64,000 bases of DNA from an uncultured Arcanobacterium sp. (GTDB taxonomy: Bacteria; Actinomycetota; Actinomycetes; Actinomycetales; Actinomycetaceae): positions 5,609 through 69,608 of the forward strand of contig CAYOEJ010000005.1 in NCBI GenBank assembly GCA_964403015.1, written 5' to 3'. The first letter of the stretch is position 1; every line of letters starts with the position of its first letter. Positions 62,943 through 64,000 of the stretch are shown piece after piece. The notes under the pieces were generated by a model that saw nothing but the letters and a program-made list of their open reading frames with translations, had not been told where the DNA came from and did no database searches. The translations under genes and the position numbers were made by a program.

Positions 62943-63620
62943 ATGAGCAGCTACCAACAGCAACGAGAAACCAGCAGCCGGATCATCTTCACCGTCCTGA
63001 TCATCGCCGTCACCGTCGCCATCACCTACGGCCTCATCCGGCTCACCCTACCAAGCCTCACCGGCCAGAGCCCAGCCGCGAACAGCTCCAGCTCCCAGAC
63101 CGCTGGGACGCAGGAAGAGGAGAATGATCTCCCTCGCGGTGACGCAAAGCGTGTGGCCGACCTCGACCGCCTCGCCGCAGCACTCAAGACCTACAAAGAG
63201 CAGCACGGCGGCTATCCGATTAGCGCTGGCACCTGCGCGGGCGGCAGCTTCGACAGCGACGCCGACCTCGGCTTCCCTGCCGATCTCGAACGCGAAGCCG
63301 TCATCGACCCCATCCCACGCGACCCTGCAGGCATCGCCAAGACCACCAAGACAGAGCAGAGCATTGAGGCGACCAGCACCGAGGACTGCGACACCATGTA
63401 CGGCGCGAAGCACTACCTCTACTACTCCAACGGCACCAAGTTTGCCCTCATCGCCAGCGTCGACGACACCGACACTATTCCTGACGACGCCGCAGGCGTC
63501 TACCTCGCAGAAGGTGACCGCGAATGGTTCGACGGCTCAGCCCTCATCGCCGACTGGCACTGGAGCCGCAACGTCTACATCGTCAGCAACCAGAAGCTCG
63601 CAGAAGCCGCAAAGAAGTAG
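62943..63620 (+). CDS. membrane-anchored protein with a pseudopilin (GspG-like) fold signature but no prepilin cleavage motif
   Basis: ATG follows AGGAG. There is one N-terminal TM segment (IIFTVLIIAVTVAITYGLI), then RGDAKRVADLDRLAAALKTYKEQHGGYPI and IPRDP...HYLYYSNGTKFALIA, which is the D..R..DL..L..AL..Y....G.YP ... P.DP ... Y.Y....F.L.A pattern of type II secretion/type IV pilin-like proteins. Two Cys residues are present. Confidence 0.5.
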   Translation: MSSYQQQRETSSRIIFTVLIIAVTVAITYGLIRLTLPSLTGQSPAANSSSSQTAGTQEEENDLPRGDAKRVADLDRLAAALKTYKEQHGGYPISAGTCAGGSFDSDADLGFPADLEREAVIDPIPRDPAGIAKTTKTEQSIEATSTEDCDTMYGAKHYLYYSNGTKFALIASVDDTDTIPDDAAGVYLAEGDREWFDGSALIADWHWSRNVYIVSNQKLAEAAKK

Positions 63621-63740
63621 TCCGCGTCTGTAGAAGATCCTGCACGGTCAGGGACGCTCAACGGATCAGGTCAGTTCACGCTTCGATTGCTTCAGCTGGA
63701 AACACCACGACGGAGCCGTCACGGCCCCGCTCGATCTCGA

Positions 63741-64000
63741 TTACCACGTCAGCATGGCTCCCAACCGATTCAAGATCGTTGCTGACGCCCTTGAGCCGGT
63801 ACGCAGCGGTGAGCAACTTTGCGCCGCCTCCAGCAAGAACGCCTCGCCTTCCACCGGATCGGCAAGCTGCGCTTTCAGCTTCGGAGACCGAATTGCCGAA
63901 CGAACCAGATCGATGTACTGCGCTCCAACGCGACCAGCCAAATACGCCTCACGAAACAGCGGCAAATCCTCGGCCAACCCCCGCGCGCGAGCGATATTCT
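63741..64000 (-). CDS. DUF222-like (13E12-repeat/HNH-associated) N-terminal region, partial and probably degraded
   Basis: The frame is open to the window edge: ..NIARARGLAEDLPLFREAYLAGRVGAQYIDLVRSAIRS....EGEAFLLEAAQ. This resembles the DUF222 helix pattern. It stops at 63741 long before any HNH domain, and a second frame continues in a protein-like way to about 63677. Confidence 0.35.
   Translation of the reverse strand, partial: NIARARGLAEDLPLFREAYLAGRVGAQYIDLVRSAIRSPKLKAQLADPVEGEAFLLEAAQSCSPLRTGSRASATILNRLGAMLTW

Overview
This 64-kb window is from a high-GC Gram-positive (Actinomycetota-type) chromosome. Hand counts on a few lines give about 50-58 % GC in the core. Almost all of it is conserved housekeeping synteny.

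Gene order:
- Left end: partial aldo/keto reductase (edge), uppP, mshC-like ligase, HAD hydrolase, Cas4-like RecB-family nuclease, trmI.
- Pupylation genes arc-dop-pup-pafA, with no proteasome genes, then an FKBP-like protein.
- hisF-hisI-trpE-trpC-trpB-trpA-lgt, pyk, tRNA-Leu(CAA), a PdtaR-like ANTAR regulator, a thioesterase, polA, a methyltransferase, rpsA, pcp, coaE, uvrB.
- terC behind a Mn riboswitch candidate, yciI plus a BASS transporter, uvrA, uvrC, rapZ-yvcK-whiA, gap-pgk-tpiA-secG.
- Convergent opcA-zwf-tal-tkt, then xerD-parA-scpA-scpB-rluB-(tyrA::cmk)-der.
- Two SMR genes behind a guanidine-III riboswitch candidate, a thiol-redox gene pair, a broken hypothetical gene, rocD and a repeat-bearing lipoprotein.

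The ORF track misses several things that I could read from the sequence:
- the 58-aa pup gene;
- the edge-truncated aldo/keto reductase;
- the tRNA;
- two riboswitch candidates;
- several intrinsic terminators;
- corrected start codons for about 20 genes.

Only the last ~2.3 kb (about 61.8-64 kb) looks accessory. It is a compositionally mosaic patch with a small double-HTH gene, two back-to-back 3-prime gene remnants, a pilin-fold membrane protein without a prepilin motif, and a truncated DUF222-like ORF.

I saw no CRISPR array, rRNA, transposase, or intact defence, secretion or biosynthetic cluster. I cannot honestly point to a convincing novel multi-gene system. All family assignments come from motif recognition by eye, and no searches were run.
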